A stretch of 64,000 nt of DNA, from the NCBI GenBank assembly GCA_038087875.1, contig CM075991.1:2108001-2172000 (forward strand), read 5' to 3'. The stretch comes from Malacoraja senta. Lineage: Eukaryota. The position numbers and the translations under genes are program-made. The notes beneath the pieces are model-generated. The model had not been told where the DNA came from. It did no database searches and saw nothing but the letters and a program-made list of their open reading frames with translations. Below, in pieces: positions 37,385 to 50,109 of the stretch (position 1 is the first letter of the stretch; each line of letters begins with the position of its first letter).

Positions 37385-40300
37385 ATGAGCTTGAGCTTGA
37401 GGCTCAGTTAAAGGTTGGTAGATATGACATTGTGGGGATTACTGAGACGTGGCTGCAGGAGGATTGTGCATGGGAACTTAATATTCATGGTTATACATCC
37501 TATAGAAAGGACAGGCAGGTGGGGCAGAGGAAGGGGGTTAGCTCTGCTGGTGAGGGATGGAATTCAGTCCCTTGCGGGGAAGACATAGGGACTGACGAGG
37601 TAGAGTCACTGTGGATTGAGTTGAGGAATTGTAAAGGCAAGAAGACACTAACTGGTGTTATTTACAGACCCCCAAATAGTAGCCCGGATGTAGGGTGTAA
37701 GTTGCAGCAGGAGTTAAAACTGGCATGTAACAAAGGTAATGCCACTGTGGTGATGGGGGATTTCAATATGCAAGTAGACTGGGAAAATCAGGTTGGTTCA
37801 GGACCCCAAGAAAGAGAGTTTGTAGAATGCCTCCGAGATGGATTCTTAGAGCAGCTTGTAATGGAGCCGACGAGAGAAAAGGCAATTCTGGATTTAGGGT
37901 TGTCCAATGAACCAGATATGATAAGAGAACTCGAGGTAAAGGAACCGCTTGAAGGTAGTGAACATAATATGATTAGTTTTAATCTGCAATTTGAGAAGGA
38001 GAACGTTAAATCGGAAGTGGCAGTGATGCAGTTGAACAAAGGGGACTATGAAGGCATGAGAGGGGAGCTGGCCAAAGTAGACTGGAAAGGGATCCTAGCA
38101 GGAATGACGGTGGAACAGCAATGGCAGGAATTTCTGGGCATAATCCGGAAGACGCAGGATCATTTCATTCCAAAAAGGAAGAAAGATTCTAAGGGGAGTA
38201 GGAGGCAACCGTGGCTGACAAGAGAAGTTAGGGATAGAATAAAACTAAAAGAAAAGATGTATAACACAGCAAAGAGTAGCCAGAAGCTAGAGGATTGGGA
38301 AACTTTCATAGGACAACAGAAGGAAACAAAACGGGCAATACGGTCTGAAAAGATGAAGTATGAAGGGAAGCTGGCCAGGAATATAAAGAAGGACAGTAAA
38401 AGCTTCTTTAAATATGTTAAGGGAAAAAGAGTAGCAAAGTCAAATGTGGGTCCCTTGAAGGCAGACACGGGTGAAATTATTATGGGCAACAAAGAAATGG
38501 CAGAAGAGTTGAATAGGTACTTCGGATCTAATAATAATAATAATAATAATAATCATTTTATTTACTGGCGCCTTTCTAAAACCCAAGGACACCTTACAAT
38601 GCATAGAATCACAACAAAACAAAAAAAACACATAATCGGAATAAATTAAATAAAAAAACACCACAGTACACAAATCAAGGACAGAATTCAATTTCAAAAG
38701 CACCAAAAGAAAATAAGAAACACAATTTGAGGAGAGAGCAGCGGCGACCAATTCGCACCAGCGTCCACTCTCCCCTCCGACCGCCATCTTGCACACAGAC
38801 TAACAGGCACAGGCACAGGCACAGCACACAAAATCGCGAAGGAAAACACAAACAATCTCCCAGATGTACTGGAGGACAGAGGATCTAAGGGGGTAGAGGA
38901 ACTGAAAGAAATTTTCATCAGGCGAGAAATAGTATTGGGTAGGCTAATGGGACTGAAGGATGATAAATCCCCTGGGCCTGATGGTCTGCATCCCAGGGTC
39001 CTCAGGGAGGTGGCTCTAGAAATAGTGGACGCATTGGTGATCATTTTCCAATGTTCAATAGATTCAGGATCAGTTCCTGTGGATTGGAGGATAGCTAATG
39101 TTATCCCACTTTTCAAGAAAGGAGCGAGTGAGAAAACGGGGAATTACAGACCAGTTAGCCTGACTTCGGTGGTGGGAAAGATGCTGGAGTCAATTATTAA
39201 AGAGGTAATAATGGGGCATTTGGATGGCAGTAAAAGGATTAGTCCAAGTCAATATGGATTTATGAAAGGGATATCATGCTTGACTAATCGTCTGGAATTT
39301 TTTTGAGGATGTGACAAGTAAAATGAATAAAGGGGTGCCAGTGGATGTAGTGTATCTAGACTTTCAGAAAGCCTTTGATAAGGTCCCGCACGGGAAACTG
39401 GTGACTAAAATTAGAGCACATGGTATTGGGGGTAGGGTGTTGACATGGATAGAAAATTGGTTGGCAGACCAGAAGCAAAGAGTAGGAGTGAACGGGTCCT
39501 TTTCAGAATGGCAGGCAGTGGCGAGTGGAGTGCCGCAAGGCTCGGTGTTGGGGCCGCAACTGTTTACCATATATATTAATGATTTGGAAGGGGGAATTAG
39601 GAGCAACACTAGCAAGTTTGCGGATGACACAAAGCTGGGTGGCAGTGTGAACTGTGAAGAGGATGTTAGGCGTGTGCAGGTTGACCTGGAAAGGTTGAAT
39701 CAGTGGGCAGATGCGTGGCAGATGCAGTATAATATAGATAAATGTGACGTTATCCACTTTGGCGGCAAAACAAGGGGGCAGAGTATTTTCTCAAAGGGGT
39801 TAGTAAGGGGGAGGTGCAGCGAGACCTGGGCATCCTTGTACACCGGTCACTGAAAGTTGGCTTGCAGGTACAGCAGCCAGTGAAGAAAGCTAATGGAATG
39901 TTGGCCTTCATAACAAGAGGATTTCAGTATAGGAGTAAAGAGGCTCTTCTGCAGTTGTATATGGCTCTAGAAAGACCACATCTGGAGTATTGTGTACAGT
40001 TTTGGTCTCCTAATTTGAGGAAGGACATCCTTGTGATTGAGGCAGTGCAGCGTAGGTTCACGAGATTGATCCCTGGGATGGCGGGACTGTCATATGAGGA
40101 AAGATGGAAAAGACTAGGCTTGTATTCACTGGAGTTTAGAAGGATGAGGGGGATCTTATAGAAACATATAAAATTATAAAAGGACTGGACAAACTAGATG
40201 CAGGAAAAATGTTCCCAATGTTGGTTGAGTCCAGAATCAGGGGCCACTGTCTTAGAATAAAGGGGAGGTCATTTAAGACTGAGGTGATAAAAAACGTTTT

Positions 40301-40536
40301 CACCCAGAGAGTTGTGAATTTATGGAATTCCCTGCACAGAGGGCAGTGGAGGCCAAATCACTGGATGGATTTAAGAGAGAGTTAGATAGAGCTCTAGGGG
40401 CTAGTGGAATCAAGGGATATGGGGAGAAGGCAGGCATGGGTTATTGATAGGGGACGATCGGCCATGATCACAATGAATGGCGGTGCAGGATCGAAGGGCC
40501 GATTGGCCTCCTCCTGCACCTAGTTTCCATGTTTCT
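37385..40536 (+). mobile_element. CR1-like LINE ORF2 (EN+RT) with 3' end, degraded
   Basis: GITETW, IYRPP, GDFN, KSPGPDG, YLDFQKAFD, PQGSVLGP, FADD, YCVQFWSP. Confidence 0.93.
38530..38838 (-). mobile_element. Short insertion with an L2-like 3' end and (TTA)n tail inside CR1
   Basis: TCCTTGGGTTTTAGAAAGGCGCCAGTAAATAAAATG(ATT)n; interrupts CR1 at YFGS|KENTN. Confidence 0.7.
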
Positions 40537-41951
40537 TTGAGCTACCCCACCCCCTCTGCCCACTTGTCTGTGATTTGGATAGGATGTGTAACATTGTATA
40601 TTCCGTTCCCAGCTCTTATCCTCTTTCATCCACATCTCTGTGATGCCCACAATGTCGTACCTACCAACTTCTATCTGAGCTATAAGCTCATCCACTTTCT
40701 TCCATATAATGTGGGCATTTGAATCTAACAATTTTACTTCAGTATTCACTCCCCTTCTTCTCACATTGGTCCCCATTTTGCCTGACCTTAGACACTTACC
40801 CCTTCTTAAACTTTCTGCCCCTTACTTCTAGACTCTTCAGCAATTCCTCCTGCAATTTCCTCCCTTCAGCTTCATCTGCACATTTCCAATTTGTTAACCC
40901 CTCCCTTTCCTCCCACTATCTACGGCCTACGGCCGCAGTTATGCGCTTCCCCAGGACCCTGGTACCAGCAGGGTTCAACTGGGGTCCGTCCATCGTAACA
41001 TTTCCCTCCTTCCCCAATACTGATGCCAATGACCCCTAATTCAAATCCGGGTTGGGTACGGACCATTCTTCAGACTGTAAGATGGGCTTTTGACAGAACC
41101 AGGGGGGTGCAAACCTCACAGTGGCCTTCTGCCAAACAGTCACAGAAGACATTATCCATAATGAGACGAGAGAGACGGTGAAGGATATAAAGGCAATCTC
41201 CTAAGCTCTCACTACTTAGTTCCATTTTGAAAGACAGTTTTCCATCTTTTCATAAGTAGCTCGACATTACTGATGATTTCGACAATGCTCATTTCTGTTC
41301 TCATTTCCCGAAGGAGTGATGCAAAGCCTTGATAGGAATCAGGCGAGCACTCATGCTGGCGCATAGCTTTCATACCACACAAGTGCCAGCACTACAGTGA
41401 GTGAAGCTCTAGCCATCTCGCTTTGACAGTCTGAGCCGCTACATCACATTATCTGTAACATGGGAGCAAAGTGACCAAAGCTGAACCAGATATTGCACAT
41501 AAATGCAGTGGCTAAAACACCGGGTGAGAATTTACTTCAATGGAGCCAAATGACTCAACAAGGAACTGCAGATAGACACAAAAAGCCGGAGTAACTCAGC
41601 GGGACAGACACTATCTCTGTAGAGAAGGAATAGGTGACCAAGAATCTCGATCCAAAACGTCACCCATTTCTTCTAACCAGAGATGCTGCTTCTCTCACTG
41701 AGTTACTCCAGCCTTTTGTGTCTATTCTCAGTTTAAACGAGCATCTGCAGTTCCTGCTTACACAGAGAACTGCAGGTGCTGGTTTAAATCAAAAATAGAC
41801 ACAAAAAGCTGGAGAAACTCAGTGGGACAGGCAGCATGTGTAAGAAAGAACTGCACATGCTGGTAAAAATCAAAGTTAGACACAAAATGCTGGTGTAACT
41901 CAGTGGGTAAGGCATCATCTCTGAAGAGAAGGAATGGGTGACATTTCGGGT

Positions 41952-41979
41952 CTGAAGAAGGGTCTCGACCCGAAACGTC
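41952..41979 (+). ncRNA. Minimal hammerhead ribozyme core in an inverted PLE-derived repeat
   Basis: GGGT-CTGAAGA-AGGGTCTCGACCC-GAAACGTC-ACCC. Confidence 0.65.
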
Positions 41980-42890
41980 ACCCACTCCTTCTCTCCAGAG
42001 ATGCTGCCCGTCCCGCTGAGTTACTCCAGCTTTTTGTGTCTCATGTTGTTTCCTCAACATCTTTCTATCATCTAAAAGGCAGCGTTCAGGAATGTCCAGG
42101 AAGGCTTTCATGGGTCAACTCTGATAATACTCAGGAAGTTTGAGAATAAATCAGGGGAAAGCAGTTCACTTACTGACCCCATATCCAGCACCATAACCAT
42201 TTCCTCTAGCACATTATGCGTTCATTCGCTTTGTGACTGCGACACTTCATTTCAGCCTGAACGAATTGCATTGCACTTTCTCTGCCAGGTTATTGAAGGT
42301 GCAGACCTTCCATAGAAACATAGACATAGAAACCGGGAGGGGGGAGCTGCTGTGCTGGCCTCTGCTCGTCTGCCGGAGAGCAGAGACCGGGAGGGTGGAG
42401 CCAGTGATGTCTGGGCGAGGAGCAAGGCCAGTTGGAGAGGAAAGGAGAGGGAACCAGGGTCTGGCTTACCCCGCCCTCGTGATCGGCTGCGGGAGGCACC
42501 CTGGGCAACAAAGGACGGAGGCGGCTGGAGGCCAGCAACAGCCTGGGACTTGCCTGGAACAGGAACCGCTCGTTCGAACTAGAGCCTGGATTTTTAACAT
42601 GGCGCCAGAACATGGCTCCTCCTGCATGTGGCTCAGTAGATGATTCCTGTACACTTGCTAATTTGGGGATCGGAGGTATGGTATTACTCCACTAGACTGT
42701 TTGTAAGGAAAATAACAATTATGATATCTGACAATAAAACGCACTATTGACGAGAGACGGCAGATGATGGAACCTGGTGTAAAAAAAACCTGCTGGAGCA
42801 TCTCAGAGGGTGGAGCAGCATCTGTTGGGGGAGAGCAACTGTGGACGTTCGTGGTCGAGCCCCTGCAGCAGGACTGAGAGTGTTGATAAT

Positions 42891-44083
42891 AGAGGGGTTG
42901 TATGTAAGGTCATCGGGTCAAAGGGCGTGACGCACGGAGCAGCTCAATCCGTCTGGAGGACATGGCAGCCTACGGCACACACTTTTAACACACGAAACGT
43001 TTACTTTCGTACCTGTTAAAAACCGCCGAAATTGTCAATTTTGTCACTGTAAATAATTGTGGAAATCGGGGTAACCGTGAGAGACATTTATCCTACTTCA
43101 GTATTCCAAAAGTGAGGAGAAATGTTGGTAGAGAGAAGCGACAGGTGAAGGAACAACAGCTAAAGTGGTTGGCGAACATTGGTCGTGCAGATATCAAGAT
43201 TGAAAATATTGGGAATTGTCACGTTTGCTCACAGCATTTCATCAACATTGAGGCATTATTTGTGCTTTTTCTTGATTCCTTTGGTATCTAAAAAGTTTCA
43301 GGTGATAAATCTGACCGTAAAATGTTAAAATCGCCCATGGTTCTCAAGTGGGTTTTTACATGCAAATAGAAAACGCTTCTGAAGCTAAATTTATCATTAA
43401 AAATCTCCAGACTTACCAATTGTGTGTGGGAAAGTAAGTTTTCTATCATTATGCTATTGAGATATATATTTTGGCAAATAATAAAATGTCCTGACAGCTT
43501 AAACACCCACTCAAAGATATTGTCAATTTGCTGAGGTTGATTATGTCCAATTAACTGCTAATAATTATGCCATTCCTTGGCTTGCATCTGAGTAAAATGT
43601 AATTCAAAACCCACGTATGGTTTGCGATTTTTTTTAATGATAAATTTAGCTTCAGAAGCATTTTCTTTTTGCATGTAAAAATCCACTTGAGAACCATGGG
43701 CGATTTTAAAATGTTACATCCAGATTTATCACTTCTGAAACTTTTTGGATACCAAAGGAATCAAGAAAAAACGCAAATAATGCCTTACTGTTGATGAAAT
43801 GCAGTGAGCAAACGCGATAATTCCCAATATTTTCAATCTTGATATCTACACGGCCAATATTCGCCAACCACTTTAGCTGTTGTTGTCCCTTCAACTCCCT
43901 TTACCCCGATTTCCACAATTTTTTACATCCCCAAAATTGACCATTTCGGCGGTTTTTAACAGGTAAGAAAGTACGCGTTTCGTGTGTTAACAGTGTGTGC
44001 CGAGGCTGCCATGTCCTCCACATGGATGGAGCTGCTCCGTGCGTCACGCCCTTTGACCCGATGACCTGACGTGCAACCCCCCT
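42891..44083. mobile_element. Palindromic MITE (ISL2EU/Harbinger-like) with ~500-bp arms each carrying a THAP-domain fragment
   Basis: AT|AGAGGGGTTG...CAACCCCCCT|AT; arms encode NNCGNR..YFSIPK..KWLANIGR..VCSQHF. Confidence 0.82.
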
Positions 44084-44392
44084 ATTCCTCTCTTGCCACC
44101 AGTCCCCGACAGTTGCTGCTTCATCAACTCAGTTCCTCCAGCCGCTTGTTTCTTGGTCCCGTCATTGTACCGGGTGAGAGCATTTAATGCTCCCGGTTGT
44201 GTTTGTTTAATTAAAACCAGAATGTGAGATCCAGAAGTGAAATTTGATTCCAATTGGAACGGAATAAAACCGACAGACACTGGATTTAATTTCACACCAC
44301 TCGCCGCGGGCGGCCAGTCCGAGTAATTTACACCCAGGGCATCCCGGAAATCATCAAACTGCGGAGCAAAGAGAGAAAAAGCTGATGTTTAC

Positions 44393-44688
44393 CTTCGCAG
44401 ATAACGCCGGCGTCCCGGGAGTGTGGAGAGGGATAGTTCCCCCCCCCCCATGGCCATGATTCACACTCCCGCAGAGCGGCCTCGCTCCCGCTGCATTGAA
44501 CACTCCTCGTCACAATGGGTCCGGACCCCGGTCCAAAGTGAGCTCCGCCCAGGGCTCCCGTCGCACCACCGCCGCGTCCTGCAGGTCCCAGCGCCAATCA
44601 TACACAGTCCCCCTGTTCCCCTTGTAGTGAACCTCCACTGTCCCGGCGCATGAACTGCCCCCGTTCACCAGCCTCAACTTCACGCTTT
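44393..44688 (-). pseudogene. Duplicated SRCR exon with a 25-bp frameshifting deletion
   Basis: Copy of 48677-48999 lacking the CRELSCGA segment; W->R change in WGTV. Confidence 0.9.
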
Positions 44689-46178
44689 CTGAAAACAAAA
44701 ATCAGAAAATAGAAGAACAAACGTTACCGCCGGCCTCCTCCTGCACCTATTTTCCATGTTTCTTTGAGCTACCCCACCCCCTCTGCCCACTTGTCTGTGA
44801 TTTGGATAGGATGTGTAACATTGCATATTCCATTCCCAGCTCTTATCCTCTTTCATCCACATCTCTGTGATGCCCACAATGTCGTACCTACCAACTTCTA
44901 TCTGGCCTATAAGCTCATCCACTTTCTTCCATATAATGTGGGCATTTGAATCTAACAATTTTACTTCAGTATTCACTCCTCTTCTTCTCACATTGGTCCC
45001 CATTTTGCCTGACCTTTGACACTTACCCCTTCTTAAACTTTCTGCCCCTTACTTCTAGACTCTTCAGCAATTCCTCCTGCAATTTCCCTCCCTTTAGCTT
45101 CATCTGCACATTTCCAATTTGTTAACCCCTCCCTTTCCTCCCACTATTTACGGCCTACGGCCGCAGTTATGCGCTTCCCCCAGAACCTGGTACCAGCAGA
45201 GTTCAACTGGGGTCAGTCCATCGTAACATTTCCCTCCTTCCCCAATACTAATGCCAATGACCCCTAATTCAAATCCGGGTTGGGTACGGACCATTCTTCA
45301 GACTGTAAGATGGGCTTTTGTCAGAACCAGGGAGGTGCAAACCTCACAGTGGCCTTCTGCCAAACAGTCACAGAAGACATTATCCATAATGAGACGAGAG
45401 AGACGGTGAAGGATATAAAGGCAATCTCCTAAGCTCTCACTACTTAGTTCCATTTTCAAAGACAGTTTTCCATCTTTTCATAAGTAGCTCGACATTACTG
45501 ATGATTTCGACAATGCTCATTTCTGTTCTCATTTCCCGAAGGAGTGATGCAAAGCCTTGATAGTAATCAGGCGAGCACTCATGCTGGCGCATAGCTTTCA
45601 TACCACACAAGTGCCAGCACTACAGTGAGTGAAGCTCTAGCCATCTCGCTTTGACAGTCTGAGCCGCTACATCACAGTATCTGTAACATGGGAGCAAAGT
45701 GACCAACGCTGAACCAGACATTGCACATAAATGCAGTGGCTAAAACACCGGGTGAGAATTTACTTCAATGGAGCCAAATGGCGCAACAAGGAACTGCAGA
45801 TAGACACAAAAAGCTGGAGTAACTCAGTGGGACAGGGACTATCTATGGAGAGAAGAAATAGGTGACCAAGAATCTCGATCCAAAACGTCACCCGTTTCTT
45901 CTATCCAGAGATGCTGCTTCTCTCACTGAGTTACTCCAGCCTTTTGTGTCTATTCTCAGTTTAAACGAGCATCTGCAGTTCCTGCTTACACAAAGAACTG
46001 CAGGTGCTGGTTTAAATCAAAAATAGACACAAAAAGCTGGAGAAACTCAGTGGGACAGGCAGCATGTGTAAGAAAGAACTGCACATGCTGGTAAAATCAA
46101 AGGTAGACACAAAATGCTGGTGTAACTCAGTGGGTAAGGCATCATCTCTGAAGAGAAGGAATGGGTGACATTTCGGGT

Positions 46179-46206
46179 CTGAAGAAGGGTCTCGACCCGA
46201 AACGTC
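46179..46206 (+). ncRNA. Minimal hammerhead core (duplicate of 41952-41979)
   Basis: Identical motif. Confidence 0.65.
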
Positions 46207-47116
46207 ACCCACTCCTTCTCTCCAGAGATGCTGCGTGTCCCGCTGAGTTACTCCAGCTTTATGTGTCTCATGTTGTTTCCTCAACATCTATCTATCATCT
46301 AAAATCAGCGTTCAGGAATGTCCAGGAAGGCTTTAATGGGTCAACTCTGATAATACTCAGGAAGTTTGAGAATAAATCAGGGGAAAGCAGTTCACTTACT
46401 GACCCCAAATCCAGCACCATAACCATTTCCTCTAGCACATTATGCGTTCATTCGCTTTGTGACTGCGACACTTCATTTCAGCCTGAACGAATTGCATTGC
46501 ACTTTCTCTGCCAGGTTATTGAAGGTGCAGACCTTCCATAGAAACATAGACATAGAAACCGGGAGGGGGGAGCTGCTGTGCTGGCCTCTGCTCGTCTGCT
46601 GGAGAGCAGAGACCGGGAGGGTGGAGCCAGTGATGTCTGGGCGAGGAGCAAGGCCAGTTGGAGAGGAAAGGAGAGGGAACCAGGGTCTGGCTTACCCCGC
46701 CCTCGTGATCGGCTGCGGGAGGCACCCTGGGCAACAAAGGACGGAGGCGGCTGGAGGCCAGCAACAGCCTGGGACTTGCCTGGAACAGGAACCGCTCGTT
46801 CGAACTAGAGCCTGGATTTTTAACATGGCGCCAGAACATGGCTCCTCCTGCATGTGGCTCAGTAGATGATTCCTGTACACTTGCTAATTTGGGGATCGGA
46901 GGTATGGTATTACTCCACTAGACTGTTTGTAAGGAAAATAACAATTATGATATCTGACAATAAAACGCACTATTGACGAGAGACGGCAGATGATGGAACC
47001 TGGTGTAAAAAAAACCTGCTGGAGCATCTCAGAGGGTGGAGCAGCATCTGTTGGGGGAGAGCAACTGTGGACGTTCGTGGTCGAGCCCCTGCAGCAGGAC
47101 TGAGAGTGTTGATAAT

Positions 47117-48367
47117 AGAGGGGTTGTATGTAAGGTCATCGGGTCAAAGGGCGTGACGCACGGAGCAGCTCAATCCGTCTGGAGGACATGGCAGCCTACG
47201 GCACACACTTTTAACACACGAAACGTTTACTTTCGTACCTGTTAAAAACCGCCGAAATTGTCAATTTTGTCACTGTAAATAATTGTGGAAATCGGGGTAA
47301 CCGTGAGAGACATTTATCCTACTTCAGTATTCCAAAAGTGAGGAGAAATGTTGGTGGAGAGAAGCGACGGGTGAAGGAACAACAGCTAAAGTGGTTGGCG
47401 AACATTGGTCGTGCAGATATCAAGATTGAAAATATTGGGAATTATCACGTTTGCTCACAGCATTTCATCAACAGTAAGGCATTATTTGTGTTTTTTCTTG
47501 ATTCCTTTGGTATCTAAAAAGTTTCAGAAGTGATAAATCTGACCGTAAAATGTTAAAATCTCCCATGGTTCTCAAGTGGGTTTTACATGCAAATAGAAAA
47601 CGTTTCTGAAGCTAAATTTATCATTAAAATATCTCCAGACCAATGGTGTGTGGGAAAGTAAGTTTTCTATCATTATGCTATTGAGATATATATTTTGGCA
47701 AATAATAAAATGTCCTGACAGCTTAAACACCCACTCAAAGATATTGTCAATTTGCTGAGGTTAATTATGTCCAATTAACTGCTAATAATTATGCCATTCC
47801 TTGGCTTGCATCTGAGTAAAATGTAATTCAAAACCCACGTATGGTTTGCGATTTTTTTTAATGATAAATTTAGCTTCAGAAGCGTTTTCTTTTTGCATGT
47901 AAAAATCCACTTGAGAACCATGGGCGATTTTAAAATTTTACATCCAGATTTATCACTTCTGAAACTTTTTGGATACCAAAGGAATCAAGAAAAAACGCAA
48001 ATAATGCCTTACTGTTGATGAAATGCAGTGAGCAAACGCGATAATTCCCAATATTTTCAATCTTGATATCTGCACGGCCAATGTTCGCCAACCACTTTAG
48101 CTGTTGTTGTCCCTTCAACTCTCGCTTCTCTCTTCATCATTTCTCTTCACGTTTGGAATTCTGAAGTAGGATAAATGTCTCTCACTTTACCCCGATTTCC
48201 ACAATTTTTTACATCCCCAAAATTGACCATTTCGGCGGTTTTTAACATGTAAGAAGGTACGCGTTTCGTGTGTTAAGTGTGTGCCAAGGCTGCCATGTCC
48301 TCCACATGGATGGAGCTGCTCCGTGCGTCACGCCCTTTGACCCGATGACCTGACCTGCAACCCCCCT
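47117..48367. mobile_element. Second copy of the THAP-bearing palindromic MITE
   Basis: Duplicate of 42891-44083; right arm is ~60 bp longer. Confidence 0.82.
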
Positions 48368-48676
48368 ATTCCTCTCTTGCCACCAGTCCGCGACAGTTGC
48401 TGCTTCACCAACTCAGTTCCTCCAGCCGCTTGTTTCTTGGCCCCGTCATTGTACCGGGTGAGAGTATTTAATGATCCCGGTTGTGTTTGTTTAATTAAAA
48501 CGAGAATGTGAGATCCAGAAGCGAAATTTGATTCAAATTGGAAAGGAATAAAACCGACAGACACTGGATTTAATTTCACACCACTCGCCGCGGGCGGTCA
48601 GTCCGAGTAATTTACATCCAGGGCATCCCGGAAGTCACCAAACTGCGGAACAAAGAGAGAAAAAGCTGATGTTTAC

Positions 48677-48999
48677 CTTCGCAGATAACGCCGGCGTCCC
48701 GGGAGTGTGGAGAGGGATAGTCCCCCCCCCCCCCCATGGCCATGATTCACACTCCCGCAGAGCGGCCTCGCTCCCGCTGCACTGAACATTCCTCGTCACA
48801 ATGGGTCCGGACCCCGGTCCAAAGTGAGCATCGCCCGGGGCTCCCGTCGCGGCGCCGCAGCTCAGCTCCCGACACACCACCGCCGCGTCCTGCAGGTCCC
48901 AGTCGTAATCATACACAGTCCCCCATATCCCCTTGTAGTGAACCTCCACTCTCCCGGCGCATGGACTGCCCCCGTTCACCAGCCGCAACTTCACGCTTT
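48677..48999 (-). CDS. N-terminal SRCR exon (lacks C2/C7); frameshift in a G14 homopolymer
   Basis: [30 protein letters not shown]; 323 bp, one base short of frame. Confidence 0.85.
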
Positions 49000-49125
49000 C
49001 TGAAAACAAAAATCAGAAAATAGAAGAACAAACGTTGCCGCCGGTTTGATCCGCGGGTCAGTCGGCGCCCCGCACACCGCGCTCCCAGCCACCCCTCGCT
49101 CCAACCATTCAAAGTCCACATGTAC

Positions 49126-49230
49126 CACGGAATGATCAACGGGAGCGGCAGACCCCGAATGAACTGTTAACAGTGTCAACAATAATCAGTAAGCTGGTAA
49201 CCGTCCGGAGAACCGGGATCACCCGGTCAT
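49126..49230 (-). pseudogene. Candidate signal-peptide exon with two in-frame TGA codons
   Basis: MTG*SRFSGRLPAY*LLLTLLTVHSGSAAPVDHSV|gtacat, just upstream of the first SRCR exon. Confidence 0.5.
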
Positions 49231-49770
49231 TCTTGGGATGACCGAGCAGGCAGGGTGAGCTGCGGACACAGAGTGCTGGAGTAACTCAGCGGACACCCAC
49301 CCATATTCTCCTGAGATGCTGCCTGTCCAACCGAGTTACTCCAGCACTGTGATTTTTATTATAAACCAGCATCTACAGTTCCTTGTGTCTCCAAGGGCAG
49401 CTGCGGGTTCGTTTTTATTCTCGGGAGAGCGGCTGATGAGCTGCGCGGGTCAGTGCCCCGCTGTACTCAAAGCTCATGTGACGGGCAATGGAACCCAAAC
49501 GTGTTAGAGGTGTGAAGGCATTCCTGGAATTGGACGCCAAAGGTGAAAGATCCGGACTGGGACTCCACAGTGGGATGAGCAGTGGGAACACGCTTGGAAC
49601 CGGGAACCATGTCAGCAGAGTCGATTCCCCACACTGCGCGCTTCAGGGACATTACTGATCGTCACTCCGTCTGTAGATGGCAGTCACCTCGCAAGTAGCA
49701 TTAAAGGTCTTCAGTAACAATCAGTCTCAGTAGCCGCACTCTTAACGCAGTGAAAGTTAAGCGAGGTTAC

Positions 49771-49803
49771 CTGAAGGGTCCGCCTGACAATCCCCGGGGC
49801 GGC
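49771..49803 (-). other. Candidate 33-bp upstream mini-exon (5'UTR or linker)
   Basis: ctttatttctcatttcag acceptor and CAG|GTAACC donor. Confidence 0.35.
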
Positions 49804-50109
49804 CTGAAATGAGAAATAAAGAATGAGATTTGGCTGTGTGACGGGTGGAGTGATGGGGTTGGGATGTGGGAGCGAATGGGTCCATGGGGAGGTGGGCATC
49901 TCATTAATGAAACCATCACCGGAAAAAGTCCCGACAGTAACCTGAGAGGCAGCGTTCCGAACCGCTGCAGAGAGTTGTTTCACCTTCCCACCTGCTTTTT
50001 TAGATGTTACTGTAAATGAGTATCAGCAGTCAGAAAATCGTATCGTGTCTCTGTTGCAATGAAATTTATTGTTAGATCTACAGAGATCTGGATACAATTT
50101 ACCGATGTG

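Larger units (their letters stand above)
40505..49044. repeat. Tandem segmental duplication, ~4.2-kb unit (40505-44731, 44732-49044), including one SRCR exon
   Basis: Near-identical sequence at ~4227-bp offset; junction CCGCCGG|CCTCCTCCTGCACC. Confidence 0.96.
20407..49230 (-). other. CD163/WC1/SCART-like SRCR group-B type I membrane receptor gene (possibly 5'-damaged or a pseudogene)
   Basis: Chain of phase-1 exons: SRCR x7, linkers, TM, 4 cytoplasmic exons; AATAAA on the minus strand at 20407-20412. Confidence 0.85.

Noticed and set aside
42233..42654. 136-aa ORF conserved in two copies
   Set aside because: Conservation is explained by the recent tandem duplication; the sequence is repeat-derived
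49126..49230. Selenocysteine read-through of the two TGA codons
   Set aside because: Positions lie in a signal peptide and no SECIS element was identified
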